Assembly (NCBI GenBank): GCA_043803945.1
Contig: JAZDJN010000012.1
Coordinates: forward strand, 1 to 64,000
Source of the DNA: a bacterium
GTDB lineage: Bacteria; Bacteroidota; Ignavibacteria; UBA10030
Direction of reading: 5' to 3'
DNA length: 64,000 bases
The notes below the pieces were generated by a model. The model saw only the letters and a list, made by a program, of their open reading frames with translations. It was not told the origin of the DNA and ran no database searches. The translations under genes and the position numbers were made by a program. Shown here one piece after another: positions 29,096 to 38,113 of this stretch; positions within the stretch are counted from its first letter, which is position 1, and each line of letters opens with the position of its first letter.

Positions 29096-29497
29096 TCACT
29101 TGATCCAAAGAATTTTTATATCTTTCTCCAACGCCTTGAACTCACGATCACCGGTAACAAGCTCGGCCTTACGCTGCTTTGCCAGCGCAGCGGCAAAAGC
29201 ACCGGCGTACGACATTCTATGCGACGCCTTGTATCGTGCAGCAAGCAATGAGAGTTCTTCGTCGGCATCAATCAACTCCAAGGGATACTTGCTCAGGGTA
29301 GAGCGATAAAGCTCTCCCCGTGCCTCACCACCTTCTCGCAACGCGATGTAATACATCTCGCCCCAGTTGACAACGCAGACGGCAAGATCAGCCTGGTCGT
29401 TGAGCGCCTTGAGAAAAAGATCGGTCACCGTTTCTGCACCGGTTTCTCCCTCAGCGTAGGCGAGAAGAGCGTAACTATCGAGGACATAGTGCTTCAT
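29096..29497 (-). CDS. vapC: VapC-family PIN toxin
   Basis: YVLDSYALLAY, VNWGE, SYAGAF, LVTGDREF. Confidence 0.88.
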   Translation of the reverse strand: MKHYVLDSYALLAYAEGETGAETVTDLFLKALNDQADLAVCVVNWGEMYYIALREGGEARGELYRSTLSKYPLELIDADEELSLLAARYKASHRMSYAGAFAAALAKQRKAELVTGDREFKALEKDIKILWIK

Positions 29498-29730
29498 AAC
29501 TCACGCTCCTTTTTCTTTTCTTCCACCAAGGCGCGAAGCAATTTTCCTTTTGTTCCCAAAAATCCGGCGTTCGCCTTGATGAACTCGGGCGTAATGGGGA
29601 CAATACGGATGCTGTCGTTCTCTTCGTAGAACTGGACCCGCGTACCGTTTCGAATACCGTACTTCTGGCGCAACTTTGCCGGTATCACAACCTGACCCTT
29701 GACCGTCACATAGGATATTGACATAGGCAT
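29494..29730 (-). CDS. AbrB/MazE-family antitoxin
   Basis: VTVKGQVVIPAKLRQKYGI; overlaps the toxin start. Confidence 0.88.
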   Translation of the reverse strand: MPMSISYVTVKGQVVIPAKLRQKYGIRNGTRVQFYEENDSIRIVPITPEFIKANAGFLGTKGKLLRALVEEKKKEREL

Positions 29731-29764
29731 ATACTCCTTTCCCGTTTGTGCTTAATTACAACTA

Positions 29765-29793
29765 AGTATATACCATTTTTATAAGTAAGTCAA
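29765..29793 (-). promoter_or_regulatory. Promoter of the TA pair
   Basis: Minus strand TTGACT-17 nt-TATACT. Confidence 0.65.
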
Positions 29794-29862
29794 TTACTAA
29801 AAAGTAATACAAAAACTACATATACCTCAGACAACATTATGTATCCTCATAATGGAAAGAGC

Positions 29863-30126
29863 TTACAGACGCCCCCTCTCCATTCGCTCTATCCGTTCCT
29901 TAAGCTGCCTGAGGAGTTTCTGCTGCTCGACAAGAATTGACATCATAATGCTCTCGAACGGCACTGTGCGCATTGCATAGAAATTTTCGGCAAGGTGCAG
30001 TTTTGCCGCGCGAAAGACTTCATCGAACAGTTCCTGATCCTCCTTGCGCAGCCCGCGGCGAAACTTCGACCAGCTTGCCAGCTCGTTGTCGATGATGTTC
30101 GTGAAGGTCGGTACTGTGCGTCCCAC
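29863..30126 (-). CDS. Small helical PolB2 partner protein (PPB2/arCOG07300-like)
   Basis: GTG start after AGGAG; GRTVPTF..W..FRRGLRKEDQELFD..PFESIMMSILVEQ. Confidence 0.75.
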   Translation of the reverse strand: MGRTVPTFTNIIDNELASWSKFRRGLRKEDQELFDEVFRAAKLHLAENFYAMRTVPFESIMMSILVEQQKLLRQLKERIERMERGRL

Positions 30127-30198
30127 TGATTTCTCTCCTCTATAACAATGAACCATCGAGTGCGCCAAGGACACCAAGAACGCCAGCCTGATAGAAAT

Positions 30199-30942
30199 TC
30201 AAATCATTTTAACTTTTGCATTGTCATTTTGCATTTTCCTGTTTGATATTTCATCCTTTTCAGAAGGAATCGGTAACCCGGCAGCACTGTTACGCCTGAC
30301 GGGGCAGTGCATGCTCCCGCGATCTGCTTCGAGCAACAATCTTACCTGATCGTTTTCATCAACCTCCAGCCGGTAGACCCGATCCATGGTTTCTTTCATC
30401 GTTGTAAACAGCCGGTTGCGCTGCTCGGGCCAGACGGTGCGCTCCTGACACACAACAAGCAGCGAGGCACCGGAGCGTTTCATCTCGCTCAATGCCGCCA
30501 GCACACGCTTGAGAATGTTGCGGACTTCGTAGAGCGATGCCTGCTCGTCATACATGGTATCCAGCAGCCCGAAGATCATTCCCGTGCTGGATCCCTGTGA
30601 CGATAAAAATGCCGGCAGCCGGTTGACCACTGCCTGCTCAATCTGGTAACATGTAAAGCTGCGGGAGACGAAGATCTGGTTGAGCAGCGTATCGGGGTTT
30701 TGCCGGCGCTGCTGTGCAAACCGGACAATCGAGTGGACGTCGAACCGGTTGCAGCCGTCGACAACGGCAACGGTCGTTCCGCGGGTCAGGGCAGACGAGG
30801 CAATCCGCATGGAGAGATCGAAGACCTTCTTCTCGCCGTAGAGCAGATAGATTTTGCCTGGCGGCTCGGGAAAATGCTTCACCAGCGATCCGTAGGAGTG
30901 GTGCGTTAACGATGTATTCCGTTGTGGTGCAGCGATTTGCAT
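30199..30942 (-). CDS. Inactive RecA/RadA-like protein (iRadA/ImuA-like)
   Basis: IYLLYGEK (no GKT), VVDGCNRFD, IFVSRSFTCYQ; start position uncertain. Confidence 0.75.
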   Translation of the reverse strand: MQIAAPQRNTSLTHHSYGSLVKHFPEPPGKIYLLYGEKKVFDLSMRIASSALTRGTTVAVVDGCNRFDVHSIVRFAQQRRQNPDTLLNQIFVSRSFTCYQIEQAVVNRLPAFLSSQGSSTGMIFGLLDTMYDEQASLYEVRNILKRVLAALSEMKRSGASLLVVCQERTVWPEQRNRLFTTMKETMDRVYRLEVDENDQVRLLLEADRGSMHCPVRRNSAAGLPIPSEKDEISNRKMQNDNAKVKMI

Positions 30943-31037
30943 ATCGAGTCCCGGTAGATTTTCCCTTGCGCCCGAAGGCAACCGCAGTCATGTGATTGCC
31001 CTGGCCGACGAACAGGTAACTTCTTTTACAGAACCTC

Positions 31038-31126
31038 TTGACATCAACCTGAAAATCTTCTATCTTTGCCTCAGAAGAATACGACATAAATGTCGTGTTG
31101 TCAAGAGTAAAGTTGACAAATATGTC
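31038..31126. promoter_or_regulatory. Overlapping divergent promoters with two palindromic operators
   Basis: + TTGACA(31038)-17-TATCTT(31061); - TTGACA(31104)-17-TATTCT(31081); ACGACAT-AA-ATGTCGT at 31081-31096; GACA-AATA-TGTC at 31115-31126. Confidence 0.8.
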
Positions 31127-31140
31127 TTTTGGAAAGATGG

Positions 31141-31756
31141 CCGCCAAGGCGCCAAGGAAAGAGAGGAAAAAGCACTGAGGAGATGTTGTGAAAGAGCCAG
31201 ATGAAGCGATAGATGAATTAGCACATAGGGTGATTGGAGCAGCGATTGAAGTTCATAGAATTCTTGGACCTGGTTTTCTAGAATCAGTGTATGAAGAAGC
31301 GCTTTGTGCAGAATTAACTATTCGTTCTCTTTCTTTTAAGAGACAGGTACCGATAAGTATAGAATACAAAGGGCATTGCGTCGGGGAAGGAAGGATCGAT
31401 CTGATAATCCATGATAAAATTATTATTGAACTGAAAGCTGTTGAAGCATTTGCTCCTATCCACATGGCACAATTATTGTCGTATCTGCGAGCAACCGGTA
31501 TCCAGCTTGGGTTGTTGATAAATTTTCAAGCCGCCTTATTAAGAGAGGGTCTTAAGAGGATTGTCCTGTCAACGTAAAAACAAAAGCTTGTTTATTGGGG
31601 CACTTTGCGTGTTGCTCAAAATAGAAATCACTGGCAACAGGTTAAGAACCACAGAGACTTTTTAACACTACAAATTTTTTTCTTGGCGCCCTTGGCGGCA
31701 ATAGTTATTTGAAAAATCTTTTTCAACCTTTATATTCTCTTGGCGCCCTTGGCGGC
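31141..31756. repeat. Inverted arms flanking the GxxExxY gene
   Basis: ccgccaaggcgccaag at 31141 versus cttggcgcccttggcggc at 31682 and 31739. Confidence 0.75.
31188..31577 (+). CDS. GxxExxY protein (PD-(D/E)xK-like)
   Basis: LGPGFLESVYEEAL, RIDLII, IELKAV, QLLSYL, GLLINF. Confidence 0.92.
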   Translation: MKEPDEAIDELAHRVIGAAIEVHRILGPGFLESVYEEALCAELTIRSLSFKRQVPISIEYKGHCVGEGRIDLIIHDKIIIELKAVEAFAPIHMAQLLSYLRATGIQLGLLINFQAALLREGLKRIVLST

Positions 31757-31779
31757 CAATATTTCTTAAGGAGATTCCC

Positions 31780-32430
31780 ATGAAACAATCACTCGCACAA
31801 CGGATTCGTCAGGCTCGTCTCGCGAAGGAGCTCGATCAGGCAAAGCTCGCCGCAAAGGTAGATGTTGCCACGCGCACCGTCCAGCGCTGGGAAAAAGGCG
31901 AGCAGGTTCCCGACAGCAACTACCTGATGCGCATCGCTAAAACAACCGGCGTCACTCCGCATTGGCTGCTGACCGGCGAAGGTGAGATGTATCTGAAGTC
32001 ACAGCCGGAGACCAACGTGATCCCGCTTCCAACCGGACGTTACCGAAAAGTGGATTTGGTCACACTGCCGCTTCTCTCATCGGTACCCGGCGGCGCGCCA
32101 AGTCTGATTTTTCACCCGGACTATGTAGAGAAGTACATTACCGTTGATGACATCAATGATTCGAGCGCCTTTGCCCTTGAAGTAAAAGGCAACAGCATGG
32201 CACCGCGCATTGAAGATGGAGACATTATTGTGGTAAGTCCAAAGTTCGATGCGCGCAGCGGCGACATTTGTGTTGTGCGTGTGAACGATGAGGACACCGT
32301 GAAGCGCGTAAAGATCGAAGAGCATTACCTCCATCTTATTCCACTTAATCCAGAGTATGAACCGATGGTTGTGAAAAAGAGAGATGTCTCGTTTATCTGG
32401 AGAGTGGTGAAGGTGATTAAGAGTGTGTAG
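31780..32430 (+). CDS. XRE-HTH plus S24 autopeptidase repressor (LexA/CI-like)
   Basis: HTH RTVQRWEKG; VPGG putative cleavage site; GNSMAP Ser and TVKR Lys; AAGGAG RBS. Confidence 0.9.
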   Translation: MKQSLAQRIRQARLAKELDQAKLAAKVDVATRTVQRWEKGEQVPDSNYLMRIAKTTGVTPHWLLTGEGEMYLKSQPETNVIPLPTGRYRKVDLVTLPLLSSVPGGAPSLIFHPDYVEKYITVDDINDSSAFALEVKGNSMAPRIEDGDIIVVSPKFDARSGDICVVRVNDEDTVKRVKIEEHYLHLIPLNPEYEPMVVKKRDVSFIWRVVKVIKSV

Positions 32431-32737
32431 GAATATGAGAGTGTGAGAATGGGGGAATGTGGGAGTGTTGGGAATGGGAGACGAGAGGTAGAGTAACGAA
32501 TTTGCGATTGCCAATTGCAGAATGAGGAAACAAAGAGCAGAATGCAGACAGCAGAAAACGATAACAAATCAAAGAGCAACGGTTCAATGAATCATTAGAT
32601 CGTTGATCTAAGTTTATTCTTAAATCTCTTGGCGTTTTTGGCGCCTTGCCTGCCTGCGTGCCGAAGGCACTTCCGCCTACACAAAGCTTCGGCGGACAAG
32701 TCGGCAGGCAGGGCGGTTAAACATCTTTGGAGGAACA

Positions 32738-32998
32738 ATGGACAAATCATACAAAAACTGTCAGAGCTACGGCATGCCGATTAAGAAAGATCCCAAGAAC
32801 GGCGGAACGAATGCAGACGGTACAAAGAACCTGATGTATTGCAGCTACTGCTATGCCGATGGAAAATTCACTCAGCCGGATTGGACAGCACACGACATGC
32901 AGCTGTTCGTTAAAAAAACAATGAAGGAGATGGGCTTCCCGGGATTAATCGTGGGATGGTTTACAAAAGGGATACCGAGGTTGGAGAGATGGAAATAA
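32738..32998 (+). CDS. Zinc ribbon domain protein
   Basis: NCQSYGMP (second Cys replaced by Tyr), GTNADG, YCSYCY..G.F, LERWK. Confidence 0.8.
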   Translation: MDKSYKNCQSYGMPIKKDPKNGGTNADGTKNLMYCSYCYADGKFTQPDWTAHDMQLFVKKTMKEMGFPGLIVGWFTKGIPRLERWK

Positions 32999-32999
32999 G

Positions 33000-33185
33000 A
33001 GGAAAGAGGGGAAGATGGGGAGACTGGGAGAGAAGGTGAAGGTGAGAACGTAAGAGGGTGTGAATGATTGTCGATTGACGATCGGGAAAGTTGAGTTCAG
33101 ATAACAGGCAGCAGATTGCAGGTGGCAGACAAGGATACGCTTGCATGCTAACAGCCAAAGGCCAATTGCTGAGAGCTGCAGCAAA
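33000..33185. repeat. Mosaic of 8-mer then 7-mer periodic repeats (purine-rich)
   Basis: gggagagaaggtgaaggtgagaacgtaagagggtgtg...gcagattgcaggtggcagac. Confidence 0.6.
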
Positions 33186-33205
33186 CTACTATTCACCAGA
33201 ATGCT

Positions 33206-34972
33206 TCAATGAATTTTTTCCAACAATGCCATAAAATTACGCTTCTTCTTGTGAGTCGTACGCAGATCGGCCAGATAGTTATTCCACTCTTCTACCTTAC
33301 CAAGCCGTCCAAAAAGTACACCAATCTTTTTTACCAATGCTGACGCGTCACGATAGGCTTCATTATTCATCTGCCTTACGATTGGCTCAACTAACGACCG
33401 ATAGACTGTTAAAGCATCCTCGGGATGATCGTTCTCACGCTTCACAGCAAGCTCGCGCCACAGCGATTCATGGCATCCTCCCTCTTGAGCTTCTCTCCAC
33501 GCCACATCGATATCTTTTTCCCACAGATAGATTCGTACCAGTTCTGAACGATCGTCGGAATTCCAAATCCATTGATTACTCCTCGCCTTGCGTTTAGATT
33601 CTTTGATGCGGTCTCGAATGAGCGGAAGTGCTTTCTCTCTCCACATACCCCATGCTTCATGGCCACCTGCCTGCTCAGCATGAATCTTGAGAAGCTTATA
33701 TTTTTCTAACTGAGGTGAATCGGAAACCTCTGCCCAAATTAGCTGCATTGCATCGTCATGCCTCTTGAGCCAATGGTATTCTTTCGCCAGAAACTTACGC
33801 AGCCGGGAGTCTGTCCGTTTTGGAAAGACCCTTACACCCTCTTCGGCCCACTCCAATGCCTTATCCCTTTTGCCTGCCTCCTTATAAATTTCAGCAATCG
33901 TCAAATATGAGTAGGCATGCGAGAGATCTTTCTTCTTCACAGCGACCAGTTTCTCAACATCTTTTGTTTTCGAGGCAAGAGCCTCCATAATACTCGTAAT
34001 GCGGTATCGATTTCCAGCGAAGCTCTCTCTCTCCTGTCCCGGTTTTAATGCGGGAATTTTTACCCATTCCTTTTCTGCAAGCTCTGCATACACGCTTAAG
34101 CCTTTTTTGCCTAACACCCCTGCATATCGTGTTGATGCTCCATAAAACACTTCCCATTCGCTGTGAAGCTCCCAGTCAAACAGCTTTCGAGCTAATTGTT
34201 CTGGATCGGGTTTTACTTTTACACACGCCTTATAATGAAGTTCCTGAGTATCAGTGAGAATATCGCTCATAGCGCCGTCGGAATCATCCACCATATCCAT
34301 TTGAGCTTCCAGGCTCTTGAGGAAATATTCCGAGATCTCAATAACTGCCAGGGCATGGCCCTCGTGCAGAAGATCATCCAGAGACTCGATGATCTTTTCA
34401 ATTCCCTCTGAGTACTCATACATCGATTTGTAATCGACATAATCCCCCGAATCCACTGCCCGATCGATCTCTCTTTTGAACGTTGGAATTGATATTTTAT
34501 TTTCGCTCTTACTTGCTTTTAGATAAAGGTCGGATCTCAGTTCTTCATTTTTCTTCACACTCTGCATCAACATTGCTATAAGTGTTGTTTTATCCTGCGA
34601 CTCCAAATACGTCTCAACATCTTTTATTTTCAACGGGCTGCCGGATTGTGTCTCTTTAGGCTGAAGAGCACCTTCTTCATGTTTCTTGGACTCCAGGAAC
34701 GCTAAAGCAACAGCGACGCAATGCTTGCAAAAAACCTTATTGTCCTGATGAAATGGACAGGTACAGGAATATTCTAACTTATCCTTTTCTTGCCAAAGCT
34801 CTACTCGATAGACTCGTGAACCATGAACCTTTGCGTAGATTCTCTCATCGTCGATCTCGATATTCTTCACTCTTCCTTCTTCGAAATACTCCTTGCCACG
34901 TGAGTATGATGGCTCACCGACTGATTTTCGAAGCTGGTCGATGGTGAGAAGTTGGGAGATGTTTTTATGCAT
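33206..34972 (-). CDS. SWIM zinc finger protein with helical C-terminal repeats
   Basis: RGKEYF, AKVHGSRVY, CTCP..FCKHCVAV, HKKKRNF. Confidence 0.85.
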   Translation of the reverse strand: MHKNISQLLTIDQLRKSVGEPSYSRGKEYFEEGRVKNIEIDDERIYAKVHGSRVYRVELWQEKDKLEYSCTCPFHQDNKVFCKHCVAVALAFLESKKHEEGALQPKETQSGSPLKIKDVETYLESQDKTTLIAMLMQSVKKNEELRSDLYLKASKSENKISIPTFKREIDRAVDSGDYVDYKSMYEYSEGIEKIIESLDDLLHEGHALAVIEISEYFLKSLEAQMDMVDDSDGAMSDILTDTQELHYKACVKVKPDPEQLARKLFDWELHSEWEVFYGASTRYAGVLGKKGLSVYAELAEKEWVKIPALKPGQERESFAGNRYRITSIMEALASKTKDVEKLVAVKKKDLSHAYSYLTIAEIYKEAGKRDKALEWAEEGVRVFPKRTDSRLRKFLAKEYHWLKRHDDAMQLIWAEVSDSPQLEKYKLLKIHAEQAGGHEAWGMWREKALPLIRDRIKESKRKARSNQWIWNSDDRSELVRIYLWEKDIDVAWREAQEGGCHESLWRELAVKRENDHPEDALTVYRSLVEPIVRQMNNEAYRDASALVKKIGVLFGRLGKVEEWNNYLADLRTTHKKKRNFMALLEKIH

Positions 34973-35155
34973 GATGAATGTTCTGGTTTCGCGTAAGGTT
35001 ATTGAGATTTCATTGATTACGTATTGAATGTAAAAATTCTCATCGAAATTTAAGAGAATGTAAACGAACCTCTCATAAGATATAAAGTCGTCTTTTGGGA
35101 AAATTGATTTTCAATTTCTCAAACCACACATCGAGAGCGAACAAGTGCCGATCCT

Positions 35156-35263
35156 ATGAAGAAAAATCCGGTTGTTCACGAGTATTTTTCCATTGACATC
35201 GATCTCGTATGGCAAATTACCCCAAAAAGCCTGCCCGACCTCAAGATCAACTTACAACATTAA
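35156..35263 (+). pseudogene. HepT/DUF86 toxin C-terminal remnant
   Basis: MKKNPVVHEYFSIDIDLVWQI..SLPDLK; Rx4H Arg and N-terminus lost. Confidence 0.6.
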
Positions 35264-35459
35264 AGGATCTTGCAGGGTAGCCCCCGATTCATAAGCTGCG
35301 ATTTCTTTTGGGAATCATCTCTCAGCGTCATCTGCGAAATTACCATATATTATTGTGTACAAATATATACTTTTGTATATGAAGTACAAACACATGGCCA
35401 TCGTGCCAACGGCACAGAATTTCCCAAATTTCCATGAGTTTGATCTTTTCGAATGCCAT

Positions 35460-35673
35460 CTGTCAATCCTCCATAGTGATGAAATAGCGATTAAGCCAAA
35501 GGCTTATGAGCCTTCGGCTCAGAGGAGACAAAGTATGGCTGTTCCTAAAACAGAATCAACTCCGGGTGGGGTAACTTTGACAGGGGGTCAGTGGGGAATG
35601 ATCTGACCCTGGAAACGGGGAATCATCTGGCCCTGAAGGCCTCTAACATGGGGAATTGTGGTGACCCTTGACA
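35460..35673 (+). mobile_element. IS21-family end remnant
   Basis: Three ggggaat..tg.ccct boxes ending in TTGACA at 35673; upstream ILHSDEIAIKPKAY resembles an IstB C-terminus. Confidence 0.6.
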
Positions 35674-35972
35674 GATATAAAAATAATCATAAAAAAAGCC
35701 TTTTTTGTATCTCGATGTGCGCGTTTGGTTTTGTTGTTCTTCTTACTAGTTCTTCCAGACACTCCCCGCCATAATGATCAGTAGGTTTACTCACCATCTT
35801 GTTGGGCGGGCAAGCCGCGACAGAATCAAACTTATCTCCTGAATTATACATCCCTGCAAAGTATCTCCTTTACACTCCTCTACCAACAGCTGATAAATCT
35901 CTTCCTACATATGCTTTGTTTTCACAACCGGAATTACTGAATTCTATATTATCAATACTAATTATGTATTCT

Positions 35973-36695
35973 TCATCCCGCTTTCTTCATTCTCGGCATT
36001 TCATCCCAGGTTTTACCTTCAAGCAATCTGCCCGCTTTTTTCTTGTTCGTACCTCCCCATTGCTTGAAGAAGAATGGAACACGATTATTAAAACATTGGT
36101 CGCGGATATCTAGCACCCAGGCTTCATCCATTGGCCGCGCTCCAGGACCTGATTCTCCACCTACGATCACCCAATCGATCTTCTTGAGATTCAGTTTGCG
36201 AAGTGGTCCAAGCAGCGGTTCAAGTGAGAGGAACTTTACAAGAGCACCTGTCGCCCTCAAATCATCAATGCGGTGTATGTAATCCTGATTCTCGACACTG
36301 ACACCCATCCAGATGTTTGGTGTCCACTTCAGCAGCGGGCTGAGTTCTCGAAGCCGTTCTGAGCGTTTTGTCAAAACTTGAAAACGATGCCAGTGAGTCT
36401 GTCCCATCACGTCAAATACTTTTTGGATGAATGCAAGCGGAACATCTTTATGGAATAAGTCACTCATCGAATTTACAAAGATCGTTTGCGGCTTCTTCCA
36501 CTGGAGCGGAAGATCCACCGCATGGTCGTGCAACGTTAGTTTGAATCCATTAGTATAGTTCGCCTGTCCCATTCGCTGTAAACGGTATGCCATACGTTCT
36601 GCATAGCAATGCTTGCAGCCCGGACTGATTTTATTACAGCCAGTAACCGGATTCCATGTAGATTCAGTCCATTCGATCTGTGATTTTTGCGCCAT
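35973..36695 (-). CDS. DUF5131 / phage Gp37-Gp68 family protein (radical SAM-like)
   Basis: [53 protein letters not shown]. Confidence 0.93.
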   Translation of the reverse strand: MAQKSQIEWTESTWNPVTGCNKISPGCKHCYAERMAYRLQRMGQANYTNGFKLTLHDHAVDLPLQWKKPQTIFVNSMSDLFHKDVPLAFIQKVFDVMGQTHWHRFQVLTKRSERLRELSPLLKWTPNIWMGVSVENQDYIHRIDDLRATGALVKFLSLEPLLGPLRKLNLKKIDWVIVGGESGPGARPMDEAWVLDIRDQCFNNRVPFFFKQWGGTNKKKAGRLLEGKTWDEMPRMKKAG

Positions 36696-36696
36696 G

Positions 36697-37572
36697 TTAT
36701 TCTAATATTTCTTGTGCAATTTTAATTGCGGTTTTTGCTCCTTTTACGTTCGCTGCTGCGAAACAGAGCAAATAAAGAGGAATATTTTTCCTGTTTAGAA
36801 GTAGAAGGGGATTAGAAGCGACTCCAGGAAATATACTTGAAAGTCGATTCACAAAATACTCAGCAATCGAATCAAAATTGCAGTTCTTTATTGTCAAATT
36901 TTCCTCACCAAAAAGATTCTCTTCTCTCGTTTTCTTATAGAATGCTCGGTACCACCCCGATGAACCGAAGACAACATTCAACCGCTTGCGAACTGCTGGA
37001 TTTATTTGCGCATCTCGTCGAAGCAACCGATTAACTGCCACACCCAGAGGGAAGAGAATCCAGAGATCGATGGCTTTAGTTTCTGCTATCGCTTCTATTG
37101 TATTCCACGCGACTTGCATACCGTATGGATCAAGAAAGAGCACTGCCCTGTTCTTTTTCCAATCATAATTCCGGCATCTGTCTTGAAGCCATTCGTTTGC
37201 GTCTTCATTGACAATTGAGACATCTTTGGAAAGTTCGGGATATGAATTGCGTAATGCCTCAAGTTCGACAATCTTGTTTGCATTGCGTTCAATGAAAATA
37301 TACTTGGAAAACCGCGGCTTCACTTCCAATGCAATTCTGGCGGAGCCATCAACGAATGTCCTCGTTTCAGGTTCCAGTAGTTCCGGTATGGCTAATTGCA
37401 ATTCATTTTCTTCTGGAGAAATTGTTCGATAACCCGTTCCCGCAAACGCATCGATAAATGCAAACCTAAACGGCTGCTTATTCATGATGGTTGCATAGGC
37501 AACAAGATACTTCTTCAGCCTCAACAACTTATCATTTGTCCAATCGCCGCCAAAGCTATGATGAGATACCAA
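36697..37572 (-). CDS. tcmP: Three-Cys-motif partner protein (methyltransferase-like)
   Basis: [31 protein letters not shown]; adjacent to DUF5131. Confidence 0.88.
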   Translation of the reverse strand: MVSHHSFGGDWTNDKLLRLKKYLVAYATIMNKQPFRFAFIDAFAGTGYRTISPEENELQLAIPELLEPETRTFVDGSARIALEVKPRFSKYIFIERNANKIVELEALRNSYPELSKDVSIVNEDANEWLQDRCRNYDWKKNRAVLFLDPYGMQVAWNTIEAIAETKAIDLWILFPLGVAVNRLLRRDAQINPAVRKRLNVVFGSSGWYRAFYKKTREENLFGEENLTIKNCNFDSIAEYFVNRLSSIFPGVASNPLLLLNRKNIPLYLLCFAAANVKGAKTAIKIAQEILE

Positions 37573-37682
37573 GGTGCTTTCTCCCGTATGATTCTACACC
37601 TTCTCCGTCCCCTGATTGAGCAGGTACTCCTGAAACCGATCAAGTTCTATCTTGATCTTGGTCATGGTCAGGAAATTGATAA

Positions 37683-38108
37683 TTACATCGAATGAATCAA
37701 CCGCGTGAATCCTTCCTGCTCGAAGTGATGATCGCTTGACAATACTTCTGTTATCGCATTCTCATTCATCACTTGCATAGAAACACAATCAATGAAACTA
37801 GACTCTTTATCCAAACGAGATTTGTAGAATGAGACACTTCTGACAAATAAATCTCGCGTCTGTGGGAATACTCTCACATTAGGATTCTGGAGAATCTTAT
37901 TTACCGCTTCAGCAGCTTTTAGTCTCCATCCTTCTCCGAACCTCGAAAATAGATTAAGAACTTCTCCAAGGACGAATTCTGTAGTTATATACAACACTGG
38001 ACCATGCTTTTTAAGTTCTTCGTCGGCTCGCCTTGCTGCAAGATGGTGCTGATCTTGAGTATCAAGTATCGCAACCCAAAAACAAGTGTCTGCAAAAACC
38101 TGCTTCAT
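37683..38108 (-). CDS. PIN-domain (VapC-like) nuclease
   Basis: VFADTCFW, VLGE, SFIDCVS, SSDHHFEQEGF. Confidence 0.88.
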   Translation of the reverse strand: MKQVFADTCFWVAILDTQDQHHLAARRADEELKKHGPVLYITTEFVLGEVLNLFSRFGEGWRLKAAEAVNKILQNPNVRVFPQTRDLFVRSVSFYKSRLDKESSFIDCVSMQVMNENAITEVLSSDHHFEQEGFTRLIHSM

Positions 38109-38113
38109 GAATG

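Noticed and set aside
28854-29108. Short ORFs in repeat-rich spacers (also 15213-15695, 32945-33196, 39240-39434)
   Set aside because: Low-complexity translations of periodic repeats
26521-36695. Prophage (CI-like repressor, PolB, Gp37/Gp68)
   Set aside because: No integrase, terminase, capsid or tail genes; context fits repair and accessory genes
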